Numbered from the stretch's first letter, positions 35,350 through 48,920 are shown. The stretch: 64,000 nt of DNA from Paraspadella gotoi (GCA_051294375.1 CM119265.1:22072278-22136277), one strand, 5' to 3'. The notes: generated by a model from the sequence alone, not told the origin. Numbers and translations are program-made.

Positions 35350-38300
35350 CACCAAAAGAAGGGACTCCCTTTTTTCGCTCCACCACTTTTTTTTCAATTT
35401 TAACGACTCACCCTTGTACTTTTTGATGATCTTCTCCGCGGTGACGAAAGCGATCAGTTTCCAGTTCTCCTCCTCGGACACCATTTTCTTTAAATCCTGC
35501 GAACGCGTGTACGATTCGATGTCGTTGGAGTCGGCGTTTTGCACGCATAGGGGCGGGATCTCCCTGGCGGTTATCTTGGCCGAGCATTTAATGATCGATT
35601 CGATTATCTCCTTGTCGGTGGGAGTGTTCCCCGTAGCATTCACTTCGGGCAGCGCCTTCAGAGCTGCGTTGGCGAAGTAGGGACAAAGGTTGATTTTGCC
35701 GAATTCGTTCGGCTGCGGGGGGAAAAAAGTGGGAGTTGCTGAGATATTCAAATAGACCCCAAGTGACATTGAAGAAAATATTGCATGAAAATAAAAAAAA
35801 ATATTTATTTTAAAAGAATTGGTACATTTATTTATGGCAACAGCCGGGTTGCCTGTGATGACAATTGGGTTTGGGCATCTCACTGTTGCCTTTGGGGGCT
35901 TCCTACCCTCAGTGACGGATCTAGTCACTGGCGCGGTTACCCTAGGCCGGTCTCGCTAGGGAAGTCGTTAGGACTGTGGAATGTGTGGATGGAACACATC
36001 GCCTGGGATGGTGTGTTCCCGCTCTGAGCCAATAGTATTGGCTGAATGATCGTGAACGTGAGGTGGTGTGAATATACCACCACACCCTCTTCCTTTGGAC
36101 GTCGGAGAGATCTGCTATTCAGGGGCGGCGAGAGAAATCGCCCCCCCCCCGCCGAATTAGGGACCCCATTATAGGTGAAATGGACTATATCCCTAAACAG
36201 GACATTACCAATAAAGGGGCCTTGATTTGACTTAAATAGGGGCCCCAGCATGATCTAACCCGAATTTAATCAGTTAGACTATCTGCACAGACATGATGAT
36301 AATCACTCGATTCATTTTTTTATTCCTTTTTCTTCTTCTTTTTTTTTTTTTCCTTTTCTTTCCTTCTTTTTTTCTCTCTTTTCAGGTCCCCCTCTCGCCG
36401 CCCCTGCTGCTATGCCATTATCTTGTGAGAGTGATGGAGGCCTTAAACTACCAAAGCCTGTCCAAAGTCTGGGGCAAGATAACTTATTTATTATATGAAA
36501 TTTTATTCGTATATTGTGGCAGTAAGACTTAAAGCTCCCTCACTGCTGTCCGTCCTCAGCCTCGTTTCAATGGCTGAGCGTGAGCAGGCTAAATCATCTC
36601 GTTACAACCGTGCGTCGCGTGTTCAATCCCTGGGTATCCCGGTTCTGGTCACGGAGCCGCTCTAAATATGACAGTGACAGGAGGCGGTCACTGAGGGTCC
36701 GCAGCCCCTACGCCAGTTACCCCGCGCCGGCATTCCTCCCGTTACCATAATATATCATTATCGTGGTTTGATATAAGAAAAAAGTAAAGTTTGGTTATGG
36801 TTAAGGGTATTTAAAGTTAGGGGTGGTTAGTGTTAGGGGTTGTCAGGGTTAAAGTGTTTAGGGCTAATGGTGGTTACTGGTTACGTAACTAAGGGTAGTA
36901 GGGAAAACCATTGTTCTTTTTTTTCCCCGAAATTTTTTTGTTATAAAAAGCAACAAAAAAAAATCACTGGGAAGATCTCAAGCGGTGAATATTCAATTTT
37001 TACCCATTTTTCCTTCATGGGCAAGGTCACTCAACCTTCTTTTCGTAATAGATGTTCGTGTCCGTAAAGATGTTCCAAAAAACGTCCCTGGGAAATAGCG
37101 CGCTCTTCACGTACTCCTTGTCGCCGATGTCACCGGTGTATATAGTCTCTTTAAAGTTGTTCTGTTGTTTTGTTTTTTTTCCACAGGTGTATAAAAAAGG
37201 TAGGTCGTAATTTATTTTTGTTTTTTTTTTAAACTAAAGAGGAAACGATAGGTCTGATGAGAAAGTCCTACCATGTCAACGACTTTTGGGTATTTTTGGG
37301 CAAATTCTTTATACGCGGCTTCTCTGCAAAGGAAGCGAGAAATAAAAAAATTATCATGCGAAATGAATGAAATTTAAAATTAAGAATAAGATTGAGAGAT
37401 TGGTAAATTTATTGCTTTAGCTTTTTATTTTCTCTTTACTCACACGAATTTTAAAATGTGACCAAAAACGTAATTCGTTGCTTGTAGTCTTTGCTCTTTT
37501 TTTGGCGGCAACATCGTTGTGATAAAACTGACAAAAAGATTGCCAAATATTGGACAAAAAAAAAGTTAAGGAAATTATAAAAAAAAAGGGAGGCGCCGTC
37601 TGAAATACCTGCTCCGCGCCATCGGATTGCAAATGAGCGAAGTCGTCAACTTTGATTCTTTCGTGGAGATGGCGCTGCCATGCCAACAGCCGGGCAGGAA
37701 CGACTCTCCGCACAAGTCGCCGAATGGTTTCCTCCCGCAGCGTTTTGGCCTGAAGAAACGGGTGAATGAATCTCTATCACTCTGTCTCTCTCACTCCCTT
37801 TTTCTCACCTCTTATATCCTTTAAAGACGCAGGCGTTTCCATCCGCTTTTCCGAAAGCGTAATAACAATCCGAAAAAAACTTGTGGTACGGCGACGCGCC
37901 TGTGAGTTTTGAGCGCCATCTAACTTGTAGCTCGGAATTTAAAATTTTTGAGCGAACCCACTCGCTAATTAACGTAAATATAGGTTTTTTTATTTAACTA
38001 AATGATAAAGTAAACCGTAAACATTTCATCAGGAGTTTTGGCTTGAAGACAACAGATATTTGGGGCGAAACCTGATTCAGTGATTGTCATCGACAATGAT
38101 GAAGGGTGGATTCTGTGAAGACATCGAAGCTTTGTCGGAGACAATATCGTGGACAATCTCAAACTTACCGATGCGCATTATTATAATCTTCAAAACGAGG
38201 CGCTGCCTCTGAATCTAGTTACCTCCACATCAGGCTCTGCCGCTGAATATTTTTACCTCCAAACCAGGCGCTGCCGCTGAATCTTATTGCCAAATCTAAT

Positions 38301-38816
38301 TCCAATCGTTCTTTAACTAGCGTCCAATCCGCCGGTAACGTTTCGTTCGAATTTTTGGAACTGTTTTCGGAAGAACTGGAGTTTTGCCGAGAACTGGCGT
38401 TTTTAGATCCTCCGAATCCTCGGAAACTCTGTTGGAGTTAATATGTCGACTTTCGTTTTATTTTACTTTTTGTTTGAAGCAACTAAGCCGTAAGCGATTA
38501 ATTTTATAAGTTTAAGTTTATCTGTATTATGTATCCGATCAATTTAATTTCTGACGACGAATATCCGATTTGATTGAGCTACCGACAGACAAAATTTAAA
38601 TTAAATGGATTAATTTATCGGATTGATTGATCAGATTATTCATCGATTCGTTCTCGGATTTCATCATCTCTTCGAACCAAGAAATTTAAAATCTATTGGG
38701 ACCCTGACTGGGATGCCGTCAGGAGTATCACTTCCTGAAGTTGAATCTACCTGCGCCGACGCCGCCGACGACGCAATAGCAAACGTCACCCAAAGCGACG
38801 CTGAAATTCCATTCAT
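35350..38816 (-). CDS. Multi-exon orphan secreted protein (3' end runs into an N-gap)
   Basis: Signal peptide MNGISASLWVTFAIASSAASAQ|GT; phase-0 exon SFRGFGGSKNAS..NETLPADWTLV with NxS/T sites; further GC-rich coding-like blocks at ~37600-37900, ~37035-37165 and ~35350-35680. Confidence 0.5.
35833..36097 (-). mobile_element. 3' LTR with PPT of the TRIM family (subfamily 2)
   Basis: The reverse complement reads PPT AAAGGAAGAGGG, then TGTGGTGG...TTGCCATA (252 bp); close to 7300-7554. Confidence 0.7.
36120..36406. mobile_element. hAT-like MITE
   Basis: Perfect 15-bp TIRs CAGGGGCGGCGAGAG / CTCTCGCCGCCCCTG flanked by an 8-bp TSD CTGCTATT/CTGCTATG. Confidence 0.85.
36515..36749 (+). mobile_element. 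Solo LTR of the TRIM family (subfamily 1) with 4-bp TSD
   Basis: ATAT|TGTGGCAG...TTACCATA|ATAT; highly similar to 33472-33728; B box GTTCAATCCC. Confidence 0.75.
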
Positions 38817-38923
38817 GCTTTTCGGTTCCACAATCTCTAATTGAAATTTTTAATCGAGGGATCTTTTCCAACTTTTTTTTATTCGATTCCGCTTCTGCCG
38901 ACCCAAAAGTTTTTCGGATGAGA

Positions 38924-38956
<33 letters not shown>

Positions 38957-39760
38957 CTTAAAAAATAAACGTTCTTGTCTTTTGAAACAGAAAAACCGGA
39001 TCACGCGATGGAAAAACCGAAAAATGGGTCAAATTATCAATTCCATTCATTAATTCATTTATTCAATCAATCAATCAACAAGTCAAATTCATCTATAATG
39101 TCCCATGTAAATCCCGCAATCAGTCATAATCATATTATAAACAATATACTAATTTTAAAAAAAATTTTCATAATGGGATTTACTGTGCTAAAGCAAAAAA
39201 AAAATTCTACTCCCTGTGCTTGTGACGTTTAAAGATACAATATACTAATTTTTTATAGTCCTAACTTGGAAATTGCGTAAAGTTTAAGTGGGAGTCTGGG
39301 TAGTTATGCCATACCTTATGGTCAGTTAAAAGTTTAAAACGACGAAAATTTATCGAAACTCATTATAATTTGCTGGGTCAGCGCCGGAGATGATGATGAC
39401 GACGAAAACGACGAAAAAAAGGTCGGGGGGAAAAGGTCAGTTCCATAACCACGAAGAGAAATTTCTCTTCCTGGATTCAAGATCATAGAAAAAACATTTT
39501 AGTTTTCGAGAAAAGATTTAAAAAAAAAAACAAAACAAAAAACAGATGCTTCGGAAGTTCGCGTTTTGTTTAAATGACAAAATGAAAAAAAGAAATAAAA
39601 ACAATTTAAACAAAACGACGGAAGTTCCGTAGAAATCGCAACTTTTTATTATCATTCATAAAAGTTTTGCCATCTCAAAAACCAACGAGAATAATGACAA
39701 CTAAAATTAAATAAAAACGACATAACGATCAGTGCAGTGGTTCCAAACGACTCTATCACC

Positions 39761-41786
39761 ATGACCTCCGCTCTTCCGAAGATTCCCCCTCGCGCCCAAC
39801 TCGTCGTCCGCGACTCCACCTCTGCCTCCCCGCCTCCCGACGCCCCTTTCTCTCCCGCGCGCCGAAAGTTGACGTCCGTTGAGGCGCAGCGCCTGGTCAA
39901 CGCCGTCGACGACTGCGCCTCCCGACTGGAGGCGGCGTCGCTGATCGGAGGCGTCGCTGGTGTCGTGGACGCCGACCCGACATCCCGGTTAACGAAGGCG
40001 TTGGGATCTCGTTTGACGCAGGCGCTGAGGGGGACGTCTTCGTTAATTCGCGCCTTCGAAGAGCGAATCCGCGTCGTCGACGAGATGTTCGAGCGACAAA
40101 AGCGATCGGGACGCGACCTTTTCCAGTGGCACGAGGGAGAAGGGGACGGAGGAGAAGACAAAGATGGCGTGACGACGGGACGGTGGCAAATCGCGCTCTT
40201 GCGCCAGACGGAGCTGCGGCTGCGGGGGGAAGTTCGGAACGCGACGCGGCGTTGCCGCAGCGGGGACGGCATTGTCGGGCTGCTGAAGCGGATCGAGGCG
40301 GAGCGCGGAGGGGAGAGTGGAAGAGGAGGTCCGCTTCGATCTCGATTGGTGCAACGCGTCGTCGATGAAACGCGACGACTCGGCGACCTCTTGCGGAAAA
40401 AACTCGCCAACTCTCCCATGGACGACGAGGAGAGACATCAGACGCTGAGGGAAGCATCGATCAGGGATAAGAAGGTGGACCGGGTGGGGAAGGGAAGGGG
40501 GAAAATAGGAGGGACAAAAATTGGTGGAAGGAGCTAATATCAACGGGATAAACAAGGGGAGAAGAATTGGAGTCTGGATTAAAATTTAGAGGAATGGGCA
40601 GGATTACAGCAAAAGACTAGGATTAAATTTAAAGAAAGGGACTATTAAAAAAATGATTTGATGGTCAAGAATCTGAAATTTTTAAGTTATATGAGTTTAT
40701 ATTAATTCATTGTTCAAAATATTATTCTTTAGAAATATTATATAAAATATATGTATTTAATATATTTTTGTTCTAATTTGTTTTTATTTAACTGTCTTAT
40801 AAAACAAAACAAAACAACAATAGAACAACTCGATCGTGGATCGATTGGAGCGCGAACTGGCGTCGGCCGGCCGGCATCACGACGCCGAGGTCCGGCGCCG
40901 AAACGACGTCATCCGGCGCCTGCAGATCGAGATCAACGCCGTCGAGAAGACTCACGAGGAGAACGTGAGGAGAACGCGACTTGAAGCGGAGAAGCAGGAG
41001 AACGCGGACATGCGCACCAGCGAGACGAAGAAGCAAAAGTTGCTGCACGAGATCGCGCAGTTGAAAGCGCAGGTGAGGAGGACACTCGTTCCTCTTAATT
41101 TAATCATTAATGCTGTGTGATTATTTTGTATTTAATTTTTTTTCCCTTTTTTTTGGGGGGGGGCATAATTCTTTCATAATTTTTAGTAATTCATCTAGTC
41201 CTTATATACAATAACTGTGTAGTACGAAAATTGCGTGAAGACTAAGTTAATTTTGAGTGTTGTCTGTTTTCCTTGGATTTAACTTACCAGTTTCACTGAC
41301 CCTGGGAAGGAATTGGTGGAACGAACCTCTGCCTTGTTGAAATCCGACCCATCACTCGTTACAACCCCACCCCACCCCTTCCTCCAGCTCACCACCATCA
41401 CCGCGGAGCACCGAGAGAGCGAAGTCTCTCTTCGCAAGCGAAGATTCAAAGTGGAGACCGAGGTGGAGAACATCATCCAAAAATTCGACGAAGAGATCGA
41501 CGAGAAGCACCAGGAGCTGGAGCAGCTCTCCGTCGCCGCGGCAGACGAGAAGCTGCAGTTGGAGCGAACGGAGGCGCAATTCGAGAAGATGCAGGAGAAA
41601 TACCTCACCATCATGGAGGATCGGAGGAAGGAGAAGGAGAGGAAGGAAGCGGAGGAAAAGAGGGAGGAGGCGAGGAGAAAGGCTGCCGTCGTCATTCAGG
41701 CCAAGTGGAGATCCTTCAGATGCAGGAAGTTGCTGTTGAGGAGCAAGAAGATGAAGAAGGGGAAGACGATTTCGCCCAAGAAATGA
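39761..41786 (+). CDS. IQCD: Dynein regulatory complex subunit 10 / IQ domain-containing protein D, 3 exons
   Basis: PARRKLTSVEAQR N-terminus, long coiled coil, LRKRRFKVETEVENIIQKFD, C-terminal IQ motif AAVVIQAKWRSFRCRK and Lys tail. Confidence 0.85.
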
Positions 41787-41939
41787 TACGTTTTTAGTGC
41801 TAATAAAATTTTTTTTTTTCGGAAAACAAATACAGTTTTTTTAAAAAACGATTTAATTATTATTAAATTAACAATAGATGACAATTAAAACTTTTCCGAC
41901 TTCTTTTCTTTATCTCATTTTTTCCGCGATTCGATCCGT

Positions 41940-43945
41940 TTAAGTTCCGTTAATAGTTTTTATCAAAGACCTGAAACATTTCATAACATCAATTTAAAAA
42001 TTAATATCGTTGATTAAGGAAAATCTAATGAATCCAACTTACTTCAGGGGATCCTTGATCATGTCCTGCACTTTTCCTTTGATGTTACCGACCACTTTTT
42101 CCGCGATCAAATTGAAAAGCCAATCGAGCGGCCCGAAAATGTTCACCTTATTCGCAGTGAAAAATGTTTCTCTGTCAAATTTTATGCCTTAATTTCATAG
42201 TTAATTAATAATTAACAAGCAGAGGAAGAGAGAACAAATCGTTAATCTTTTCAATGATCTTGGGAAGAGCATTGCATGATCTTACGTCGATGTCCACATC
42301 GCCGAGGTTGACCTTGGCGTTGACCGAGAGGTCAAAGTTGAGGATGTTCACGGTCTCGTCGCCTTTCTTGAGAGTCTCACGGAAACTGTGAAGGCCGGTG
42401 AGAACGATTTCGATGCTGGAGATCTCCACCTAAAAAGTTTTAACGTTGATCGATCGCTTTACGCCGAATGAACTTCGTCTCTTTAATAACTGCCCCAACG
42501 TTAAAATAAATGAGCGGAATAAACTTTAAAGTCACTTTAAAATTAAGGCGTAAAATTATTTTTTATCATTTGTTCGTAAAAGTGGTATTGGGTTCATTGT
42601 GACCTCTAATTTATCAGTAACGCTAAACTGTCCTAAAGTATCCTAATTAAAATTTATACAATCCTACAATTTATACAATACAATCCCTTTAACACGAGAT
42701 TAAGCCGTAACCCCAGAATCACCAGATAGTCGACAGCAATTAACATTCAGATCCAAGTGACCATAAACTCGTCTTCTTTTATATTGATGTCGACGCAATA
42801 ACCAAAACAATGACGCATAAAATGACCAATTAGTATCTCAGAGAAACTCACCTTGAGATCTGAACTGAGGCTAAAGACTCCAAATTTGACTTCGATAAAA
42901 TAAGCGCCTTTCACGTTGTCGACGCCCAAATCGACGGCGAGCTTGAGGACGTTGTCTTCGACGACGACGCCGCAGTCGCCCTTACGAACGATCGCGTGGA
43001 GGTTGTCCAGATGTCCATGGGTGAGGCGCGCCCACCCGTGGGTCTCTACGAACATAATGGTCTTAGAAAACTCAAAGTAAGAGTCGGGTAGTTTAATCTG
43101 CCCGATGTTCTCGCGGAGCAAGTCGCGCTGATCCTTGAGAAGTTGGTCAACGAATCGATTGGCCTTCGTCACCGGATCCAGGTCGTCCGCGTTTGATATC
43201 GCCGGCGCCGGGACGACGGCGAGAGCGCGACGCTCGACGGGCAGAGCGTCGGAGACCAAGGAGCCGACGCGAAGTTCGATGGCGCGACGGAGGACGCCGA
43301 TGATGACGTCGCGGCCGAGCCGCAATCGATCCTGCAGCAGCCTAGACTTCTGCGGGTCGGAGACGTTAAGATCGAAGGCGACGGCGACGGTGGAGGTGCC
43401 GAGTCTGGTCGAGACGGAGGCGGCGTCAACATGGGCGGCGGCGTCGACGATCAACTCGGCGTCCAAGAAGCGAAAGATGCCTTCGCCGGTGAAGGAGGAT
43501 TCAGAGGACGCATCGGTGACTTCGACTCTATTTTTGGCGGCAGAAAATAGTTTTTTAACGAAAAATTATGTAATATTAATATCTAAAATTTAAATATATT
43601 CCGTTTATTTATTTTATTTTATTATATTTTTATTTTAAATTTTTATTTTTATTTCTGGGAGGTGGATATCGGTGTTATCTTGTGTTAATAGAAGTAGCAT
43701 CTATACATGATTTACCCCTTAGTTCTCGAGTAGATATCATGTAAAACGAAATAAAGATATATGGCATCACACTAACATCAAACATTTTTTACCTCGCATC
43801 GACGAGGAGTTGAGGGAATCTCAACAAAGCCTTCAACGAATCCTCGTCTCTCCGAGCGTCGATGATATCCAAATTACGAAATCCGTCGCAAGAGGCTGCT
43901 GAAACGAACCTAACGTTAAGAAAATATCAAATGTCAAAATTTTTG

Positions 43946-44033
<88 letters not shown>

Positions 44034-44224
44034 CTCTCTCTTTCCATACCTTAAGGGAAATTCCCTTCGTCGACAGCGATGTCCTCGACGACCAACTTCA
44101 AACTCCCCCGTCGTCCATCACCTTCCTTCAAAGTTGCTAAACTTCTCCGCCAGATGTCATCTCGAATCTCCACCGAAAAAATCGGCATAAACAAAAGGCT
44201 AACGAACAAAAGACGTCGCCACAT
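41940..44224 (-). CDS. Secreted group-7-allergen-like / TULIP lipid-binding protein, about 6 exons
   Basis: Signal peptide MWRRLLFVSLLF; ANRFVDQLL..IKLPD..ARLTHGHLDNLHAIVRKGDC..LAVDLG; beta-rich body; C-terminal GPLDWLFNLIAEKV helix. Confidence 0.6.
43951..44042. repeat. (CT)n microsatellite; others at ~38923, ~44362, ~54030-54630 and ~54975-55060
   Basis: Direct inspection. Confidence 0.95.
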
Positions 44225-44359
44225 TCTCGTCCTTCGTGACTTTTGTGGTTTTTTCTTTAAATTAAATTGAAGCTGAGAAAAACTAACCAATATCTGATGT
44301 TTCAGGCGACCTCATTTTGCTTATTTATCGCGCAGCTGACGGTTTCTCTTCTCATCTCT

Positions 44360-44412
<53 letters not shown>

Positions 44413-44870
44413 TGCTACATTCTCTCTACTCAATAACATCAACGCACAAATACAATCAATGATATTATAAACATAATCGCCGAATATTTGACGCGGAAAC
44501 CAGAACAGGTGATTCTTGTTTCGAACCGAGTTGGGGGGGTGGAGGGGAAGGATTAAGTCAAACTGAAGATGAAATTAAAAAGTTCAGAGCTTATTTAATA
44601 ATTTGTGAGGCTCTTTAATCAAAAAGGAACGATTTCACTAGATTACTATTGTTCACTAAAAATTTTTGAAACGGCAGAATAAATTATTAAAAGACCGGTG
44701 AAAATTATCTTCTCTGGTTACGGCATATATTTGGGAGATATTCGAAAAAAAAATATATCGCCTATTTCTTACCTGAGACTTAGCATCTTAAGTTCTACAG
44801 TTTTTCTCCTCAGTTTGTATCGAGAGAACTTACAATTTCTTACTAAAACTGGGAGCGAATACGCACATCA

Positions 44871-44943
44871 GGCCGTGTGGCCTAATGGAGAAGGCGTCGG
44901 CCTCCGGAGCCGAAGATTGTGGGTTCGAGTCCCATCACGGTCG
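44871..44943 (+). tRNA. tRNA-Arg(CCG)
   Basis: GGCCGTG acceptor pairs with CACGGTC; D arm; anticodon arm TCGGC-CT CCG GA-GCCGA; GGTTCGAGTCCC T arm; TTTT terminator follows. Confidence 0.95.
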
Positions 44944-45411
44944 TATTTTCATTTTGAAGCAGCTTTTAATCTTAGCCTTAGTTAATTAAAATCGTTATGT
45001 CTTTGAGTCATGATAATAAAAAACATTCTCCCTTCTCTAAAGTTAAATTATTTTCTATCATTCTCTCTCTCTCTCGTTTCTGATTCTTTTACAGAACTTC
45101 TGTTATTGTTCCAAAATTCTCTTTCCATAATCAAATCATTTTTGAAGTCTTTTCATCGCCGTCATTGGCTCTCACGCGATTCCATTGGGTTTCGCAATCC
45201 AATCCGAATTCGAAGAGCCGACCAATCAGAAAATCTCTTTTTCATGCGCGATGGCACTGTGGGCATTCGCGTCTCTCGCTCTCTCGCTCTCTTTCTTTCT
45301 CTCTTTCTTTCCCAATCGTGACGTTATCCCTCTCTTTCCTCAAAACGCGCATCATGTCATCGAAAAAAATTTCCTCTCTCAACTGGATGTTATAATTGCA
45401 TTACATCGACC

Positions 45412-48400
45412 ATGATCCAACAGCCAGAAACTTGCCCACGTAAGTATTATTTTTTTAGCTGCAACCTACGTGTCGAGATTTATATTTGGGAAACGAAACA
45501 AAAACATTTTTACGTTTAAATTTATGTAATATATTAACATCCCACTTCAATCGTTTGATAATTGGATCATTTTCTGAAAAGGAAGCATTGCAGTTTTTAA
45601 AAAATCAGTCGGCAACGTCCAGAAAACAGAATTTGCAAAAATCTATTCCTTTCCTCATCAGCACAACCAGTGGGAGCTCCCTACCCTCCACCAGCTGGTC
45701 CCTATCCGCCGGCACCTTACCAACCCACAGCGCCTTACTCTGTAGGGCCGCCCTATCAACCCGGGGCTCCTTACCCCCCGGCTTCTTACCCGCCACCGGG
45801 AGGTCATCCTCTGATGCAACCGGTACCGCAGCCGACTCTGCCGCAAATGCAGCAGGGTCCTGTGGCGGGACAGCCGCCGGTGCCGCCCGGTCAGCAGCCG
45901 CAACAGCAAGGTTAGGAATCGGTTTAAGTCACCCTGAGCTGTTGCGTGTCTTACCTTCCACTGACACTTTCCTCGCATTAACAGCCATCAATTGGATGCC
46001 GCCCCCGAGCCAGCCGGTCGCCAACTGCCCTCGTGGTCTTGAATATCTGACTCTCGTGGACCAAGTCCTCGTCAAACAAAAGGCGGAGTTGCTGGAGGCG
46101 CTGGTGGGGTTCGAAACCGCCAACAAATACATCGTTAGCAACTCGATGGGGCAACAGGTGATTCGAATAAATTTTCGACAGAAGAATTGTTCGTCGTTGC
46201 GTTTTTGTGTCATCGTTGTCGTCGTCGCCCGTGTCACCTCAATATCTTGATATCTGGTGGTCCTATCACCACAGATGGATTAAAAGCTGTTCTTTCGAAG
46301 CGCCTCAGTGTGCTCAAGTGGCTAATGCACCATTCCCAATCTGCGTTCCTGGTTCGAGCCCTGAGGTTGTCATGTAGAAAGTTGGATGGACCGGTAACCC
46401 GCCTGTAGGCATGGGCCTACTGCCAGATCCAAAGCTCTGGACTACATGAACATGCTGTCTCGCTACGCACGAGGTGACACCGCTGCGTGTGTGGCGCCCT
46501 GTAAAACCAGCCTCTTCAGATACATCATTAAATGTAGTATAAGTACGTACTTACATGTACGTACATTCGGTTTTTTCTACAATAAAAAGATACATAAGAG
46601 GAAAAAGGAATATGGTATAATAGAAATTAAAATGTATTTCAATCGACATTTTAACCAGTTTAGTTTAACTTAAAATTGTGGCNNNNNNNNNNNNNNNNNN
46701 NNNNNNNNNNNNNNNNNNNNNNNNNNNNNNNNNNNNNNNNNNNNNNNNNNNNNNNNNNNNNNNNNNNNNNNNNNNNNNNNNNNNNNNNNNNNNNNNNNNN
46801 NNNNNNNNNNNNNNNNNNNNNNNNNNNNNNNNNNNNNNNNNNNNNNNNNNNNNNNNNNNNNNNNNNNNNNNNNNNNNNNNNNNNNNNNNNNNNNNNNNNN
46901 NNNNNNNNNNNNNNNNNNNNNNNNNNNNNNNNNNNNNNNNNNNNNNNNNNNNNNNNNNNNNNNNNNNNNNNNNNNNNNNNNNNNNNNNNNAACACAGAGA
47001 ACAAACAAAAGAGTTTAAAGGTTAACGGTTGAAGTTAAAGTTGAAAGAAAAAATGAAGAAAAGAGAGAGGTGGGACAAATTGAATTTATTTTAATATTGA
47101 AAGAAGATTACTATTACAAATTGGAAAGGAAGAAATAGGGAGAGGATCAAGGAAAAAAGAAAAAAGCTGAAACTGTAGAAAACGACATAAATACATGCAA
47201 GTTTCTCTCCAAATGAATGTTTAAGAATTTTTTTTTTTTTGGCGTGGTGTTCAGATACTGTGGTTGAAAGGACTTTCTCTGGGGTAAACAAACTTTTTAA
47301 CTTGAAGAAAAAAAGGAGGAACGATCAAGCACCACTAGTCTTCTTGAACGCGTGATCGCGGCGAGCAACCCTCAATGATAGCTTGTTATTTGAAAGTGGG
47401 TAAGTTTGAGTAGAAAGGGTTGGGTTATAGAGACGAATATTACCGTCACTAGAACCCCAGGAGTAGCCCCGTGGTTTCTTCCGATTGCGTGAATGACGAC
47501 TGAAAGTTTTATGTCCTCATCGGAGCCGCATCCGCCCAGAGTTGTTGCCGAAAATATAATTTCGAGTGAATAATTTTCGTAAAAAAGGAATAAAAAAAAT
47601 CGTGAATGTGATCGATTGAGTAGTTGTTGGAAACATGATTTAAAAAACTCTGGGCAAAATTTCCAAAAAAAAAGTAGTATGTCAAGAATTAATGTCGAAA
47701 CGCCAATTACTACAGNNNNNNNNNNNNNNNNNNNNNNNNNNNNNNNNNNNNNNNNNNNNNNNNNNNNNNNNNNNNNNNNNNNNNNNNNNNNNNNNNNNNN
47801 NNNNNNNNNNNNNNNNNNNNNNNNNNNNNNNNNNNNNNNNNNNNNNNNNNNNNNNNNNNNNNNNNNNNNNNNNNNNNNNNNNNNNNNNNNNNNNNNNNNN
47901 NNNNNNNNNNNNNNNNNNNNNNNNNNNNNNNNNNNNNNNNNNNNNNNNNNNNNNNNNNNNNNNNNNNNNNNNNNNNNNNNNNNNNNNNNNNNNNNNNNNN
48001 TCTTGGTTCATGCTTCTGGCTCTGACACCAATTTATTTATCTTATTTATTTATTTTTTTATTTATTTATTAACCCTCTGCCCCCCAAAAATCCCTCCCTT
48101 TCAGGAGCTAGAAATCACGGCCCCTCCCGGTCGCGTCATCGGTTTCGTCCGACAAGACTGGTCCCTCATCGNNNNNNNNNNNNNNNNNNNNNNNNNNNNN
48201 NNNNNNNNNNNNNNNNNNNNNNNNNNNNNNNNNNNNNNNNNNNNNNNNNNNNNNNNNNNNNNNNNNNNNNNNNNNNNNNNNNNNNNNNNNNNNNNNNNNN
48301 NNNNNNNNNNNNNNNNNNNNNNNNNNNNNNNNNNNNNNNNNNNNNNNNNNNNNNNNNNNNNNNNNNNNNNNNNNNNNNNNNNNNNNNNNNNNNNNNNNNN

Positions 48401-48920
48401 NNNNNNNNNNNNNNNNNNNNNNNNNNNNNNNNNNNNNNNNNNNNNNNNNNNNNNNNNNNNNNNNNNNNNNNNNNNNNNNNNNNNNNNNNNNNNNNNNNNN
48501 NNNNNNNNNNNNNNNNNNNNNNNNNNNNNNNNNNNNNNNNNNNNNNNNNNNNNNNNNNNNNNNNNNNNNNNNNNNNNNNNNNNNNNNNNNNNNNNNNNNN
48601 NNNNNNNNNNNNNNNNNNNNNNNNNNNNNNNNNNNNNNNNNNNNNNNNNNNNNNNNNNNNNNNNNNNNNNNNNNNNNNNNNNNNNNNNNNNNNNNNNNNN
48701 NNNNNNNNNNNNNNNNNNNNNNNNNNNNNNNNNNNNNNNNNNNNNNNNNNNNNNNNNNNNGATCACGAAGCAGTGGAGCGGCGCCTTCAGAGAAGCCCTT
48801 ACCGACTGCGACAACTTCGGCATCACTTTCCCCATGGATCTTGACGTCTGCGCCAAAGCCTCGCTCCTCGGCGCCCTCATGCTCATCGACTTTATGTACT
48901 TTGAAAGCAGCGACGATTGA
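45412..48920 (+). CDS. PLSCR: Phospholipid scramblase (paralog B) with a Pro/Tyr-rich N-terminus; middle exons lost in N-gaps
   Basis: PYPPP repeats, [69 protein letters not shown]. Confidence 0.88.
46300..46520 (+). mobile_element. tRNA-derived SINE-like element
   Basis: A box GTGCTCAAGTGGCTA and B box GGTTCGAGCCC followed by a GC-rich body. Confidence 0.5.

Noticed and set aside
37235-37275. Hammerhead ribozyme core (GAAAC...CTGATGAG)
   Set aside because: There is no room or complementarity for stems I and II
39652-40555. Overlapping antisense ORFs over IQCD (and over other GC-rich exons)
   Set aside because: Shadow frames of GC-rich coding sequence with no recognisable motifs
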